Source of the DNA: Macrostomum lignano
Taxonomy: Eukaryota
Length of the DNA: 64,000 nt
NCBI GenBank assembly: GCA_002269645.1
Contig: NIVC01000112.1
Location: forward strand, 518,855 to 582,854
Direction of reading: 5' to 3'
The notes under the pieces were generated by a model. It was not told the DNA's origin. It saw only the letters and a list, made by a program, of their open reading frames with translations, and ran no database searches. The position numbers and the translations under genes are program-made. Positions 39,842 to 53,035 of this stretch are shown piece by piece. Numbering within the stretch: position 1 is the stretch's first letter; every line of letters begins with the position of its first letter.

Positions 39842-42015
39842 ATATCTTTCTATCATCTGTCTGTCTATCTACCACCGTAAACTTGTTAGCGATGCTGTTA
39901 AATGCACAAACTCTAAGTACTTTCAATGCACCCGGAACCACTCGGGCCTGATCTGAAATCTGATACACCCCCAGAACCCCCTGCATCAGGCCAGGCAGGC
40001 AAATCAGCACACGGCAAGTCTGGGAAAGCAGCGGCTAGCCGTGGAATTTGCCTTGGCAGCGCATGAAAATGCACTTAACATTCTCCCTCTTGCGCCCTCA
40101 TTCACTCGGCTTAGTCTGGTTTGCAGAGGAGCAGCGGAACTCTGTGTGAGAAACCTGATGTCTAGTTTGGGGCCTCGGTAGTGACAGACAGACAGGCAGG
40201 CAGACAGCAGGTACAAGCGATTTATCGGAAAGAAACTGCTTCGCGGAAAGCTGCAGAAGGCGACTATGCAGGACCAGACTGCCGGCTCCATGGAGAGTTG
40301 CTTTTAACAGTCAGGGCAGCCGCAATTTCTCTCCCATACGCGTCGCTGTGTGTAAACTGTGCGAGGCAAAGTGCAGCAGGCAATGAAGAACGAAAGTAGT
40401 TGCCACCCCGTTGGCGTCACTGGCGCGCGCACCAAAATTGGTCGACAACTCCTGCTTGGACCGCAGGGCCCCGCCGCGCTGAGGGGTGAGGGATGATTGA
40501 GGATGTAGATGGGAACAGGAGGGAGAAGACCAGCAGTTCCTCTCCCTTCCCATCTCTCTGCTGCTGCCTCCCAGGCTCTGGGTTGTGAAACGAAAATGTT
40601 TGGGGGGACAGCAGTGCGCGAACTCTTCCACTTTTTATCAATAGTTCCCGTTTTTTATGGTGGGGAGATGTTCTGTGCAGCAAAAATGCGTATTAGTCAG
40701 TCAGAGAGATACAGCTGTACTTTAGAAATTAGAGAATTAAAATATCAACTTTTCAACCGTAAAGTCCCTTGTCGACGTGAAATTTCAACAACCAGAACCG
40801 GCCAGGTGTGTTAAATCAGTAATATCCTATGCAAACATTCGATAAAATTTAATTACTTGTTCGCGACGGGAAATTTCCTATGCCAGAGGGCACCTGCCGA
40901 TAAAATACCTGACTTCCTTCCACCAGGACCCCCATGTTTGTTCAAACCGACAGACAGTGTCAGTCAGAAAATCTCCCACCACTTGGTAAACAGATGGGAA
41001 GTTTGCTTTCCTGTTATCAGCAATTAGGTTTGCTTTGCTCGAGAGGGCGCGTGGGGGTTTTAATTATAAAGAAAGGATTGGTTGCACCCCGTTCTGAACA
41101 ATTTAATCCCTTCAGTAGTGCGTCTAAAGGCTAACAGAATTGGCGTGGTTGGTGTACATTCATAGAAAAATTGGGAGTGGGGGTAAAGAGACTGATTGCA
41201 GTGAGTCTACATTGACAGAACAGTGTGGAGTGAGGTAGTTGAGACTGATTGCAGTGAGTGTACATTGACAGAACAGTGTGGTGTGGAGTGGGGTAAGAGA
41301 CTGACGCAGTGAGTGTACATTGATAGAACAGTGTGGAGTGAGGTAGTTGAGACTGATTGCAGTGAGTGTACATTCACAGAACAGTGTGGAGTGGGGTAAG
41401 AGACTGACGCGGTGAGTGTACATTGATAGAACAGTGTGGAGTGAGGTAGTTGAGACTGATTGCAGTGAGTGTACATTCACAGAACAGTGTGGAGTGGGGT
41501 AAGAGACTGACGCAGTGAGTGTACATTGATAGAACAGTGTGGAGTGGGGTAAGAGACTGACGCGGTGAGTGTACGTTTGCAACATATTAAATCATAAAAG
41601 CGATAAGATAAGGGCAAGCTATAGATTTGTAACTTAGTAAACTGATCAAGCCCTTCAAACGAAAAAATAATTGATTTTTGTCTTCAGTTCACGCTGGATC
41701 GCAGCGGCACCAGTGGCTACGGATTCACTCTGGTCGGCTCGCAGCCGGTGCGGGTCGGCAAGGTGGACGCCGACTCATCAGCCGGCCGAGTTGGCATTCG
41801 CAGCGGCGACATCGTGGTCAGCGTCAATGGCGAGACTGTGCTCAGCTACAGCTGCGACCGGGTTGTGCACGCCATCAGGTGAGTTGGCAAGGAAGCATGG
41901 TGCGACTTCTAGATTTTGATTCTTCCCATTTGGCTTAATTTTTTTACTGACTGGGAGATACACGCGCAGACAGACAGAAAAACACTAAGACAGTCAGACA
42001 GAGAGACAGTCAGAC

Positions 42016-42102
<87 letters not shown>

Positions 42103-42183
42103 TAGACAGACAGACAGACACACGGACACACAGACAGAGAGAAAAACAATAAGACAGACAGACAGACAGACAGACAGGCACTA

Positions 42184-42236
<53 letters not shown>

Positions 42237-42243
42237 GGCACTA

Positions 42244-42318
<75 letters not shown>

Positions 42319-42332
42319 AAGACAGACAGAAG

Positions 42333-42364
<32 letters not shown>

Positions 42365-45300
42365 GGCAGACAGACAGGCAGACAGACAGACAGACAGGCA
42401 GACAGGCAGGCAGATAGGTACAAATACAGACAGACAGGCACTAAGACAGACAGATAGGTAGATAGAACAGTTGGTAGGCATTCGGAAAAGGCAGCTCTGA
42501 GAGATCAAGCAAGATGATCCCGAGCGAGCCGCTTGCATCAGAATGCTGGGGTGAGTCATACAAGGATCCGCTCCCACCCCAGCCCATGCGAGCAGACTCT
42601 ACGAGCAACGCTTAGAAAACGAATGCGGGAAGAGAGGAAGAGACGGGGCGAGCTCTGCCGGCTTCTGTGGAGAATTTTTCGTGGAGAAGAGGATGAGGGG
42701 AGAATTACCGCGGGAAAGACGAGAAGACAGAGGGTGTCGTCGGATCCCAGAACTCAATTATAGGCATGGAGCTCCCTTTCAACTCGCCTCTTCCTTTCTC
42801 CCGCCACCCAATTAGGGGAGAGTTCGTTGCCGGGTCAAAACGGGGCTGTGGATGACGACAGCTTGAGGCATTCCTGGGATTCGTACGCGTATTTACACAC
42901 CCTAGCTCATCATACTATTTATTTCCCATGTTGCCGTGCCGGTAACCGGGCCATGCATGAGTCATGTGCGGACTGCACTCGACCGTCCGTGGCTGCACCC
43001 TCTTCTCTGAATACGCCTTTCTCTCTCTCTCTCTTCCTCTTTGAGCATCTCTAAGTGTCCTCAGCTCGAGCCCGATATCTACTCTGGGGGGGGGGAATTT
43101 ATGGACCAGGGGGTTCTGAGTCCCGTTAGAGAAAAGAATCCTCAGTAAGGGTCTGCAGATAGCTAGCGGCAATAGTCAAGCATGATCGACTTTATTCCAA
43201 AAACATTGGGCGCATTTTACAAACCGCATGGTTAATCAAGGACAAAGGGCTATTGTTGACCAACGGTATACCGTCGGTTGCGCCGAAGCAATAATTTGAT
43301 GAAACTAATTGCGCTTCTTGGGAAACACACGTGGCGTTGCGCGGGGTCTGACAGACGCTTTTTCAGCTTCGGGCCTCAGTCGCAAGCCCCCGCCAAAAAA
43401 ATCCCGCCCAATTGCAGGCTGTGCCCGTATCGTTTGGATATCGGCGTTCAACGCTGGCTCGAAGCGCCAATCGACGATGTCGGCAAGTTGCCAACGGAGC
43501 AGCCGCTTCAGCCACAGCCGCAGCCGCAGGCGCAGCCCAGCTCGCCAGCTCCGCTCCAGCTGATGTCGAAGCCTCAAACTCCGACACCGCCGCACCTGCA
43601 AAATTTGGCGGCTACCGAGTTCGGCTCGCTCTCGATTCGCCGACGCGTTCAGCACCGGCCGCAGCGCAGCGCCGTCTCCCAGGTGGCCTCGGTGACCGCC
43701 GCCGGTGGCGGCGGCGGCGTCGGCGGCGGAAGCTGCCGATCCCAGCTGCTGGAGGTTCGCGGCTTCGCCACCCCATCGCCGACAACTGTTGGCGCCGTGG
43801 CCACCCTGGGCCGGGCCCGTTCTGCCGTGGTGCTCGAGGAGCTGCGCTACCGACCTCAGCAGCAGTACCTGTACCAGTACCAGCTGCAGCACCAGCAGCA
43901 GTACCAGCTGCAGCAACAGCAGAGAGTGCTCAGCCCGCAGCCTCAGCAATACCGCCGAATGCAGCAGCAGCAGCAGCCGATGCCGCAGGGCCAGTCCACC
44001 ATCAGCGATCCGGCCGACTGCTGCCAGCAACTCGGCCGTCAGCGCGCCGTTTCCCAGCTGGTGTTCCGCGAGGAGTCGTTCGCTCGCACCCTGACGGCCT
44101 GCCGCCGTCACTACCAGCGCAGACTGGCGCGTCGCCTCACCGAGGTCGAGATGCGGACGCTGTTCTTCAACCAGGACGCCTTGCTGGCGGCCAGCCGCAC
44201 CGCCCTGCAGCAGATTCGGAGCGCCGGCTCCGCCGAGGTGGACAACATCGGCCAGATCTACCGGGCCAGGCTGTTCCAGCTGTGCGACGACTACCGAGAG
44301 TACGCGGAGAACCTCGCCGAGGCCGGCCTGCCGCTGCTCGAGCGGCTCCGGGCCACCATTCCGAGCCTCGTTGCCGACGCGCGACTGCCAGCCGACCAGT
44401 TCGAGGCCGTGGGTGACGAACTGGAGGACGAAGATGACGATGATGACGACGACGACGATCTGCAGCCGCCGCCACCGCCGCTCCGCACCTGCCTGCTCCG
44501 CCCGGTGTCGCACCTCTCCGGTCTGGCGCGCGACTTCAGCGCCATTCTGGCCTGCACTCCGACCGCGCACTATGACCACCTGTTCGCCGAGGACGTTCAG
44601 CAGAATCTTGAGCACTGCGTCTCGTTGATGCCGCAGATGCCACCGGAGTTGCCGCCGAATCTGGCGATGTCGCTGACGGCCTCCGGCGGGAACTCCGCCT
44701 TGGGAGCATCGAACCTACCGCCGCAATCGCCGGCCGCTCAGCAGCGACACCCGACAACGTCGCCGACTGCGCACAGTCTCGTAGCCTCATCGTCCGGAGT
44801 TTCCAGCGAGCAGTCGGGCGTCGCCGCTGCAACCGATCACCAGCATCACGCGCACCTTCTGCATCACCAGCAGCACCAGCTGCATCAGCACTCGCAGTCG
44901 GACGTCCTCGGCGGCAGCAGCGGCAATGACTTGACGGCCCTGCAGCAGCGCCTGATCTTCCCCGGTCACGTGCGGCCGTTTCACCTGCCCGCGCCGGGTC
45001 GCCGCCTCGCCCTGTCCGGCGAGCTGCTCTGGCACCCGACTCCGCAGCAGCAGCAGCAGAAGATCATGCTGCAGTCCCGCCGGGTCCACGCCGTTCTGCT
45101 CACCGACCTCCTGCTGCTCACCCAGCGCCGGCCCGGCGACGCCTGCCTGCTGGCCCTGGCGGAGCCGTGCCGCCTCTCCGGCTGCTGCCAGGCCGCCTTT
45201 GACTGTCCCGGGCGCCTCTTCCAGCTGGCCTTCTCGCCGCTGACTATGGCGGGCTCTTCGACTACGTCGACCGGTGCGTCGGGTGGCGGCGTTGGCGGCC

Positions 45301-45395
45301 TCGTGCTGCTGCTGGAGGCGCCCAGCTGCGAGGCCAAACAGCTGTGGCGGCTGTGCATCGCCCAGCTGCTCCTGGGAGGCATCGCCGCCTGCTGA
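39309..45395 (+). CDS. PDZ + DH (RhoGEF-like) + PH domain protein, 3 exons, ~816 aa
   Basis: Exons 39309-39590, 41688-41878 and 43418-45395 join in phase at GT-AG sites. Exons 2-3 encode a PDZ domain ([51 protein letters not shown]...[16 protein letters not shown]). Exon 3 also has a DH-like region ([15 protein letters not shown]...[10 protein letters not shown]...YREYAENL...CLLRPVSHL) and a PH domain (RRLALSGEL...[12 protein letters not shown]...[18 protein letters not shown]). Confidence 0.85.
39612..39860. repeat. (CTAT)n microsatellite in intron 1 of the PDZ-DH-PH gene
   Basis: Direct reading. Confidence 0.97.
41175..41575. repeat. ~50-bp intronic minisatellite (GCAGTGAGTGTACATTGATAGAACAGTGTGGAGTG...)
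   Basis: Visible tandem array. Confidence 0.9.
41968..42460. repeat. (GACA)n intronic microsatellite
   Basis: Direct reading. Confidence 0.95.
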
Positions 45396-45484
45396 TGAAG
45401 GAGAGAGACTGGCTGAGTAGAAGGACGAACTGATTGGTTTGAGATTTATTAATTTTCATTTATCTTTGCCATACGCGGTGCAAG

Positions 45485-46036
45485 CAAGGACGACACTCAA
45501 CTAGAAGGACGGGAAAAATTGTTTCTTGGAAAATTTTAGGAGGCCGGTTTTTCCGAAAAATACACAACGGAGATGGGAAGTTTTCATTTTTTCGGCGCAA
45601 AAATAGTTATTGCTTTTGATAGGAGGCAGACCTAATGTTCATCTTTTGATATGTTGTGCCTTTCTTTTAGCTCTATTGATATTCATGAAGCTTCTTGTTC
45701 AGAAAATTAGGATTCTATGTTTACTATCTAAACATCATAAAAATGCGTGGCACAGCTCGACTTTTTGGTTTTAGAAGTGGATTTGATCATCTCTGTTAGA
45801 AATATTGTTACAAACTCGGCAAAGAATGACAAAATAGATTTTAAAACCGTGCCACTTTAATGGTTCTTAGACACAGGACATCTACAAATGTAAGTGGAAT
45901 AAAAATTATGAATAGAATCCTATTTTTCTGAACGAAAAGTGTCGGGAATATCAATGGAGCTATAACAAAAAGGCAAACATATAAAAAAAGATCAGCACTG
46001 GGCCTGCCTCCTGTCCTTCAACTTAATAAGTCCTTG
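45485..46036. mobile_element. Second, diverged copy of the foldback MITE at 779-1471, with a deletion in the right arm
   Basis: Starts CAAGGACGACACTCAACTAGAAGGACGGGAAA and ends ...CTTAATAAGTCCTTG. Collinear with 779-1471. TSD GGTGCAAG (45477-45484) / AGTGCAAG (46037-46044), 7 of 8 matching. Confidence 0.88.
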
Positions 46037-48295
46037 AGTGCAAGTGGGGGAGCAGCGTCTACTTGTCTCACTTGACGCTCAGTTGAGAGTTAAAACTCGA
46101 AATTTCAAAAGCTCCCCAAATACTCTCGTATAAAGCAAGACCTGTGCGTACGCCGTTATATCCAGATTTTAATGATAATTTCACATATCATTTTGGACAT
46201 TTTGGCATTGCTGTTCGTTTCCATTCGCAACACATGTACAGTTTTGCAGCACCCGACGAGTCTTCATCACGAACCCATCATTTACTACCAAGGCCCTTCA
46301 TTTTCATTGTGCAAATCGTTCACGCATTCGCAGGCTTGCTGTTTGTCTTTCAAGTTTGTTTGCGCGTATGGGGCTTGTGTTAACTTAATCCCGATTGCAA
46401 CTACTCTGGACTCAGCGGATGAAGCTCAAGATCCTGCATGGGCACAGAGGAGAGCGGGTGAGCTGGCAGATGGGGAGATTGTGTCCCAACAAGGGAAGGA
46501 GAATTAAGGAGCTCAGAACAGATACTAGAGTGGGGCTTGTCCGAGATGAGGCGATGGGGAGGCTGAGGCTGAGCTAGTGCACTCCCTGAGACGGATACTC
46601 CGCTCTGCCAGGAAGTGGCAGTGGATTTTCTGGGAGATTAGAGTACGGGTGCGTCCTGAGGCCAAGTGTGAGCAGTTCTCAAAGCTTAGCGATAATGGTA
46701 TGTACATTTCGTGAATACTAAAAAAGTGCCTATCCTGATTACGCCACTCTAGTGTGGTTAATTCTCTATTTTCGACATGACCCTAAGTCGCTTTGAACTA
46801 TTATTCTGCAACAATCTCTTTTTAATTAGAAGTAAATCACATTTCTTGTACACAGAACGGTATGAATTGTTAACCGATTGCAAAGTAGTACACAGAATTT
46901 CCATCAGTATGCACCAGATTAGATTGTACACAAACGGCTCCATTTAAATTTGTAAATTTCTCATTTTAACTCTAGCCTTTTTAGTCAGCTTTTCATGATC
47001 TAATTATACTCTTGAATTATACTCAAGCTATTTTCAAAAAGTTATTATTATCATTTTCAAGCACAAATGTTTGTAGAACCCTATATGTAGTTTTGCTGCA
47101 TACGACGCAGTAAAAAGTAGCACATATTTGTTATATTTTAGCGCAGTCACAACCCCGAGCTCTGAACTGTTTTTTGTTCACGGAAAGCAAATTTATTTTT
47201 CAAGCTATGTATATTTTCGAGTCCATGTCAATTCTATGTCAAAAGCTTTAACAATTATAAAGTCTTAATTCAAATATAACACTGTACACACTTTTAATAC
47301 TTCTTTTTTCAAAAACTAATTTAATTTATATCTATATAGAGAGCATAAAATGAAAACAAATCCAAATGTTTAATGGTTTTGTTGAGCTTTTTAAAAGTGA
47401 CACTGAAGAGAACAAAACATAAACTAACTTATGCTGAATATTCTTCGGATCGGGCTAACATACGAGTACATATGTACATATAATATAATCATATACATTT
47501 CCATATCAGTAGCTCGTATGTATACAAGTGTATTTCCGAAGAGTATATAAAAATAACTATATGAGGTCACGCAAAAAAAGCATTGGAAAAACATCTACAT
47601 CTGCATGTGGAATAAAAATATCAAAATTTTTAAACATAAAGCTACGCAAAAACAATAAGGTGTGCTTTTAATCAGCAAAAATAATAGTGCGCAAATAAAA
47701 AGTACGTACATGTTGAAACAGTTTTCCGGTGTTTTCAAAATATTAATAAGATATAACAAATAATTTTACAACATATATTCGCTGCTTGCAAAACAAACCG
47801 AAGAGACAAGTTAAAAAAGCTTTAAAATAAACTTTAAAAGCATGAAAATTATTGCTATTATATATTAGTACTTGGTTTTTATTCGCAAACAATATCTGCC
47901 GTTCTATCTCTGGAAAAAATAATACCGGAATTGTGTTAAAAATAATTTCCAGAGCCACAGACAGGCATCATCCCTTAAGAATTTAAAATTGGCCTCTAAG
48001 AAAATTCGCGCAATGCGCGAGTTTTGCACGTTTTCCTTTTTTAGCTGTCGATGGTTGCGGTGTCTGTGTTCAATAACATCACTAGGCGTTAATAATTATA
48101 GACACAAACAGGAGCTAAAAAACAAGCCTAGAATACGAGTCGTATTGTTGCGTACTGAAAGGAAGGGGCGGCTATAAAACGCTCCTATACAAACTGCTCT
48201 GCCCGAAAAACTAAGTAAAAGAGGCAACCAGACTCAACGAATGACAGGATCTCAACTCTTGCCACCTATTGGACTGGAATCCACCGGCCTAGGGG

Positions 48296-48470
48296 ACAGG
48301 GGCGCCCAGCCCACCTAATTAAGAGGGGCGCCCAGCCCACCTAATTAAGAGGGGCGCCCAGCCCACCTAATTAAGAGGGGCGCCCAGCCCACCTAATTAA
48401 GAGGGGCGCCCAGCCCACCTAATTAAGAGGGGCGCCCAGCCCACCTAATTAAGAGGGGCGCCCACCCCAC
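48296..48470. repeat. 26-bp minisatellite (GGGGCGCCCAGCCCACCTAATTAAGA)n
   Basis: Visible tandem array. Confidence 0.92.
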
Positions 48471-48904
48471 CAAAGGACAGGGGCGCCGACCTACAGACAG
48501 CTGGGCTCCCACCCCACCAAGACACCATAAGTATTGACGCCCCTTAGGGTTGCAGCACCTCCAATTAAAATTCCACTGCTATGTAGAACAGAATAACAAA
48601 AAACTCAATCAATCAAATTCAGCATCATCTGCCTGACTGCCATCCTGGTCGTCATTTCCGCCTGCGCTGTCCCGATCCTCGAGTCCCGAGGACAGCGCGG
48701 CCAAGTCTCGGTCGTCCAGCTGAAACTTCTCGCGAGCCGCTGCCGCTGTGCCATCCGAGGAGCTGCCGGCAACTGTGACCGCTGCCGAATGCGGCGAGTC
48801 CACACTGTAGCCAGGATGATGAGAGACCAGTGAGTGAGGCAAGTTATTTTAACACAAAGAACAGATTATTAATCGATCGAGCAGGAAATATGCAGGTGAC
48901 GAAC

Positions 48905-49925
48905 AAAAATATCAAGATGCAACCAGGTAGGTACTCAGGATGTAACCAGGAGATCAGGAAGAGACCAGGTGTCCAGGAAGAGACCAGGTGTCCAGGAAGA
49001 GACCAGATGTCCAGGAAGAGACCAGTTAATCAGGATGTAACAAGGTGATCAGGAGACCAGGTGATCAGGATGTAACCAGGTGATCAGGAAGAGACCAGGT
49101 GATCAGGAAAGGATCAGGTGGTCAGGAAAAGACCAGAAAGTGGTCAAGAAGAGACCAGGTGATCAGGATGTAACCAAGTGATCAAGAAGAGACCAAGTGA
49201 TCAGGAAAGGACCAGGTGGTCAGGAAGAGACCGGGTGATCAGGAAAGGACCAGGTGATCAGGAAAGGACCAGGTGATCAGGAAGGGACCAGGTGATCAGC
49301 AAAGGACCAGGTGATCAGGAAAATGCCAGGAGGTGGTCAGGAAGAGATCAGGTGATCAGGATGTAACCAAGTGATCAAGAAGAGACCAGGTGATCAGGAA
49401 AGGACCAGGTGGTCAGGAAAGGACCAGGTGGTCAGGAAGAGACCGGGTGATCAGGAAGAGACCAAGTGTTCAGGAAAGGACCAGGTGGTCAGGAAGAGAC
49501 CAAGTGATCAAGAAGAGACCATGTGATCAGGAAAGGACCGGGTGATCAGGAAAGGACCAGGTGATCAGGAAGAGACCAGGTGATCAGGATGTAACCAGGT
49601 GATCAGGAAAGGACCGGGTGATCAGGAAAGGACCGGGTGATCAGGAAAGGACCAGGTGATCAGGATGTAACCAGGTGATCAAGAAGAGACCAGGTGATCA
49701 GGATGTAACCAGGTGATGAGAAAGAGATCAGGTGATCAGGAAAGGACCAGGAGGTGGTCAGGAAGAGACTAGGTGACCAGGAAGAGACCAGGTCATCAGG
49801 AAGTGACGAGGTGATCAGTACTCCTATGTAACCATGCAGGTATTCAAGGAGTAACCAAATGTTCAGGATGTAGCCAGGTGCTTAGGATGAAACTAGGTGA
49901 TCAGGAAGCGACCAGCTTATCAGAA
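48905..49925. repeat. ~19-20-bp intronic minisatellite (ACCAGGTGATCAGGAAAGG)n
   Basis: Visible degenerate array. Confidence 0.92.
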
Positions 49926-50639
49926 ATAGAAAAGAAAGCGACTGGATGGTTAGTAGGCAATTCAAGAGATCATAACTCGTAGTAGTTTAAAGTGTAGCTG
50001 GGTTATCAGAAAGTGATTCAGAGGTACTCAGGATGCTGATCAGCATCAAGCAGTCCTATACCTGCAGCAGAACACGCTGCACATTCGCTCCAAATCAGCT
50101 ACAACTTCGGACTCCATCGAGTAGTCCAACTCCGAGCTGGAGTTCTCGCCGCCTTCACCGTCGGGTGCTCGCCGTCGCCACAGCCTGACGCAGTCGTGCT
50201 CAGCCCAGGACGCCAGACACCGGTCGTCGCGGCTCCAGCGCAAGCCCACAACCCAGGATCCGTGCCCGTCATCAACTGACATCAGCTGAACAAGACGGCG
50301 CCAATCCGCTACCGTGACTCGTCGATCGTGGCTGCCCCCGGTTGCTAGGAGACAGCTCTGACGCGCGAATGCTACGGCAGTCACCGGTGACTTGCCATTC
50401 TTACTGTTGTGCGCTCGATAGACCAACGAATTTGGCGCCCAAGATGGCGCCGGGTGAAAAACGGCGCGGCTTTTCAAGCGGCGCTCCAGCTGACGGCAGA
50501 CAGTGGCGTGAGCTACCGCCGCGCTCGCGTCCGTCGCTTGCCACAGACAGGTGAAAACGTCACCAGCGGATGTTCCGAAGGCCTGCGGTTTCGAATTTGG
50601 CATAGGTTTGCTCAAAGTCATTCTCATCAAAGCCTAATG

Positions 50640-51525
50640 AGATCAGGTGATCAGCGAGTGACCAGGTGATCAGTGAATGATCAGGTGATCAGTGAGGGAA
50701 CAGGTGATCAATGATTGACCAGGTGATCAGCGAGTGGCCGGTGATCAGTGAGCGACCAGGTCATCAGCGAGTGACCAGGTGATCAGCCAGTGACCAGGTG
50801 ACCAGCAAGTGACCAGGTGACCAGCAAGTGACCAGGTGATCAGCTAGTGACCAGTTGATCAGCGAATGACCAGGTGATCAGTGAGTGACCAGGTGACCAG
50901 CAAGTGACCAAGTGATCAGCCATTGACCAGGTGATCAGCCAGTGACCAGGTGATCAGCCAGTGACCAGGTGACCAGCGAGTGACCAGGTGATCAGCGAAT
51001 GACCAGCTGATCAGCGAGTGACCAAGTGATCAGCGAATGACCAGGTGATCAGCGAGTGACCAGGTGATCAGCGAATGACCAGGTGATCAGCCAGTGACCA
51101 GGTGATCAGCGAGTGACCAGGTGATCAGTGAGTGACCAGGCGATCAGCCATTGACCGGGTGATTAACCAGTGACCAGGTGATCAGCCAGTGACCAGGTGA
51201 TCAGCGAGTGACCAGGTGATCAGCCAGTGACCAGGTGATCAGCTAGTGACCAGGTGATCAGCCAGTGACCAGGTGATCAGCCAGTGACCAGATGATCAGT
51301 GAGTGACCAGGTGACCAGCAAGTGACCAGGTGATAAGCCAGTGACCAGGTGACCAGCAAGTGACCAGGTGATCAGCCAGTGACCAGGTGATCAGCCAGTG
51401 ACCAGGTGATCAGCGAGTGACCAGGTGATCAGCCAGTGACCAGGTGATCAGCGAGTGACCAGGTGATCAGCCAGTGACTGATCAGGTGATCAGTGAGTGA
51501 CCAGGTGATCAACCAGTGACAAGTT
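50640..51525. repeat. 19-bp intronic minisatellite (GACCAGGTGATCAGCCAGT)n
   Basis: Visible tandem array. Confidence 0.93.
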
Positions 51526-52382
51526 GATTCAGCCGAAATTAGAAATTTTATTTCATAGAAAACTCCCTATGAAACGTAGAAAAAGCCCTTTTCCTTTCCT
51601 TTTCCTTTTCCTTGTCCTTTTTCAACCTCTTTCACAAGCGCTAAACTTGACTTTGACAGTCACTTTCTTGAGCTCTGAACATTTCGTGGTTAAAAATGTA
51701 GCATTTTCTACAATACACGTGCAGTTTTCATCAATTCACGCAATGAAGCAACGAAGTTTGTCTTACAATGACGCGATTGTCAAACGAAATCGAGCAGGAC
51801 AAGCAGGGCCGCCGCAGATTCAACTCAAACAGGAGTTTCTCCTCCTGAAGAAAAGCAACAAATGCCTCTCCTAATTAGAATTGCCTGGACTAAAAACTGC
51901 ACTGGGTAAGAAACCACACGTAAAAAAAGGTTCAGTGGCACTTCAAAGCACTTGAAAGGATGCTAGCTAGCATAGCTCTTATGCCTATAGTCATAAATAT
52001 AAAATTTCGCAATGTCCAACCCACATCAAGGCTGTAGACGAGGCAGACACCGCAGGCTGAGGCGGATACAGACAGCTTGGAGTTGGCTGAAATCTGCACG
52101 GCATGGACCTAGTTCCTGTGGCCTGAAATAATAATTGGTCCATAAATTGTAATTTATACTACTGAACTTCATCAACTACGAGTAAAGCAAACGAATTTTG
52201 TGCATCAATACTCACCAGTGACTACTTGCTCCAAGTAGGCTGTTCGGGTTAGAAAGTTGGCGAGGGAGCCGGTGGCTCGGCCCACTGAGATCCATTTGGA
52301 GTCGGGCGATATGGCCAAGGCAGTGATGCTGGCTGCGGTTTAGGGATGGGGAGGCTCGGGTGTCTGTCCGCCTGTGTGTCCT

Positions 52383-52973
52383 GACACAGTGTCTGTCTGC
52401 CTCTGTGTCCTTGTGTCTGTCTGCCTCTGTGTCCTTGTGTCAGTCTGCCTCTGTGTCCTTGTGTCTGTCCGCCTCTGTGTCCTTGTGTCTGTCCGCCTCT
52501 GTGTCCTTGTGTCTGTCTGCCTCTGTGTCTTTGTGTCTGTCTGCCTCTGTGTCCTTGTGTCTGTCTGCCTCTGTGTCTTTGTGTCTGTCTGCCTGTGTGT
52601 CCTTGTGTCTGTCTGCCTGTGTGTCCTTGTGTCTGTCTGCCTGTGGGTCCTTGTGTCTGTCTGCCTGTGTGTCCTTGTGTTTGTCTGCCTCTGTGTCCTT
52701 GTGTCTGTCTGCCTGTGTGTCCTTGTGTTTGTCTGCCTGTGTGTCCTTGTGTCTGTCTGCCTCTGTGTCCTTGTGTCTGTCGGCCTCTGTGTCCTTGTGT
52801 CTGTCTGCCTGTGTGTCCTTGTGTCTGTCTGCCTGTGTTTCTTTCGGTCTGTCTGCCTCTGTGTCCTTGTGTCTGCCTGTTCATGTGTCCTTGTGTCTGT
52901 CTGCCTCTGTGTCCTTCGGTCTGTCTGCCTGTCTATGTGTCCTTGTGTCAGTCTCACTCAGTCTGTCTATCTT

Positions 52974-53032
<59 letters not shown>

Positions 53033-53035
53033 GCC
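52383..53035. repeat. 24-bp intronic minisatellite (GTGTCTGTCTGCCTCTGTGTCCTT)n grading into (TCTG)n
   Basis: Visible tandem array. Confidence 0.93.

Noticed and set aside
40830-41050. Possible hammerhead ribozyme or structured RNA (CTGATAA..GAAA on the minus strand)
   Set aside because: The core deviates from CUGANGA and stem III / the cleavage triplet do not pair. Other CTGATGA hits in the window lack a properly placed GAAA.
43305-44615. 436-aa antisense ORF and other frames overlapping the DH-PH exon
   Set aside because: Typical antisense shadow of a GC-rich CDS; domain motifs are only in the + frame.
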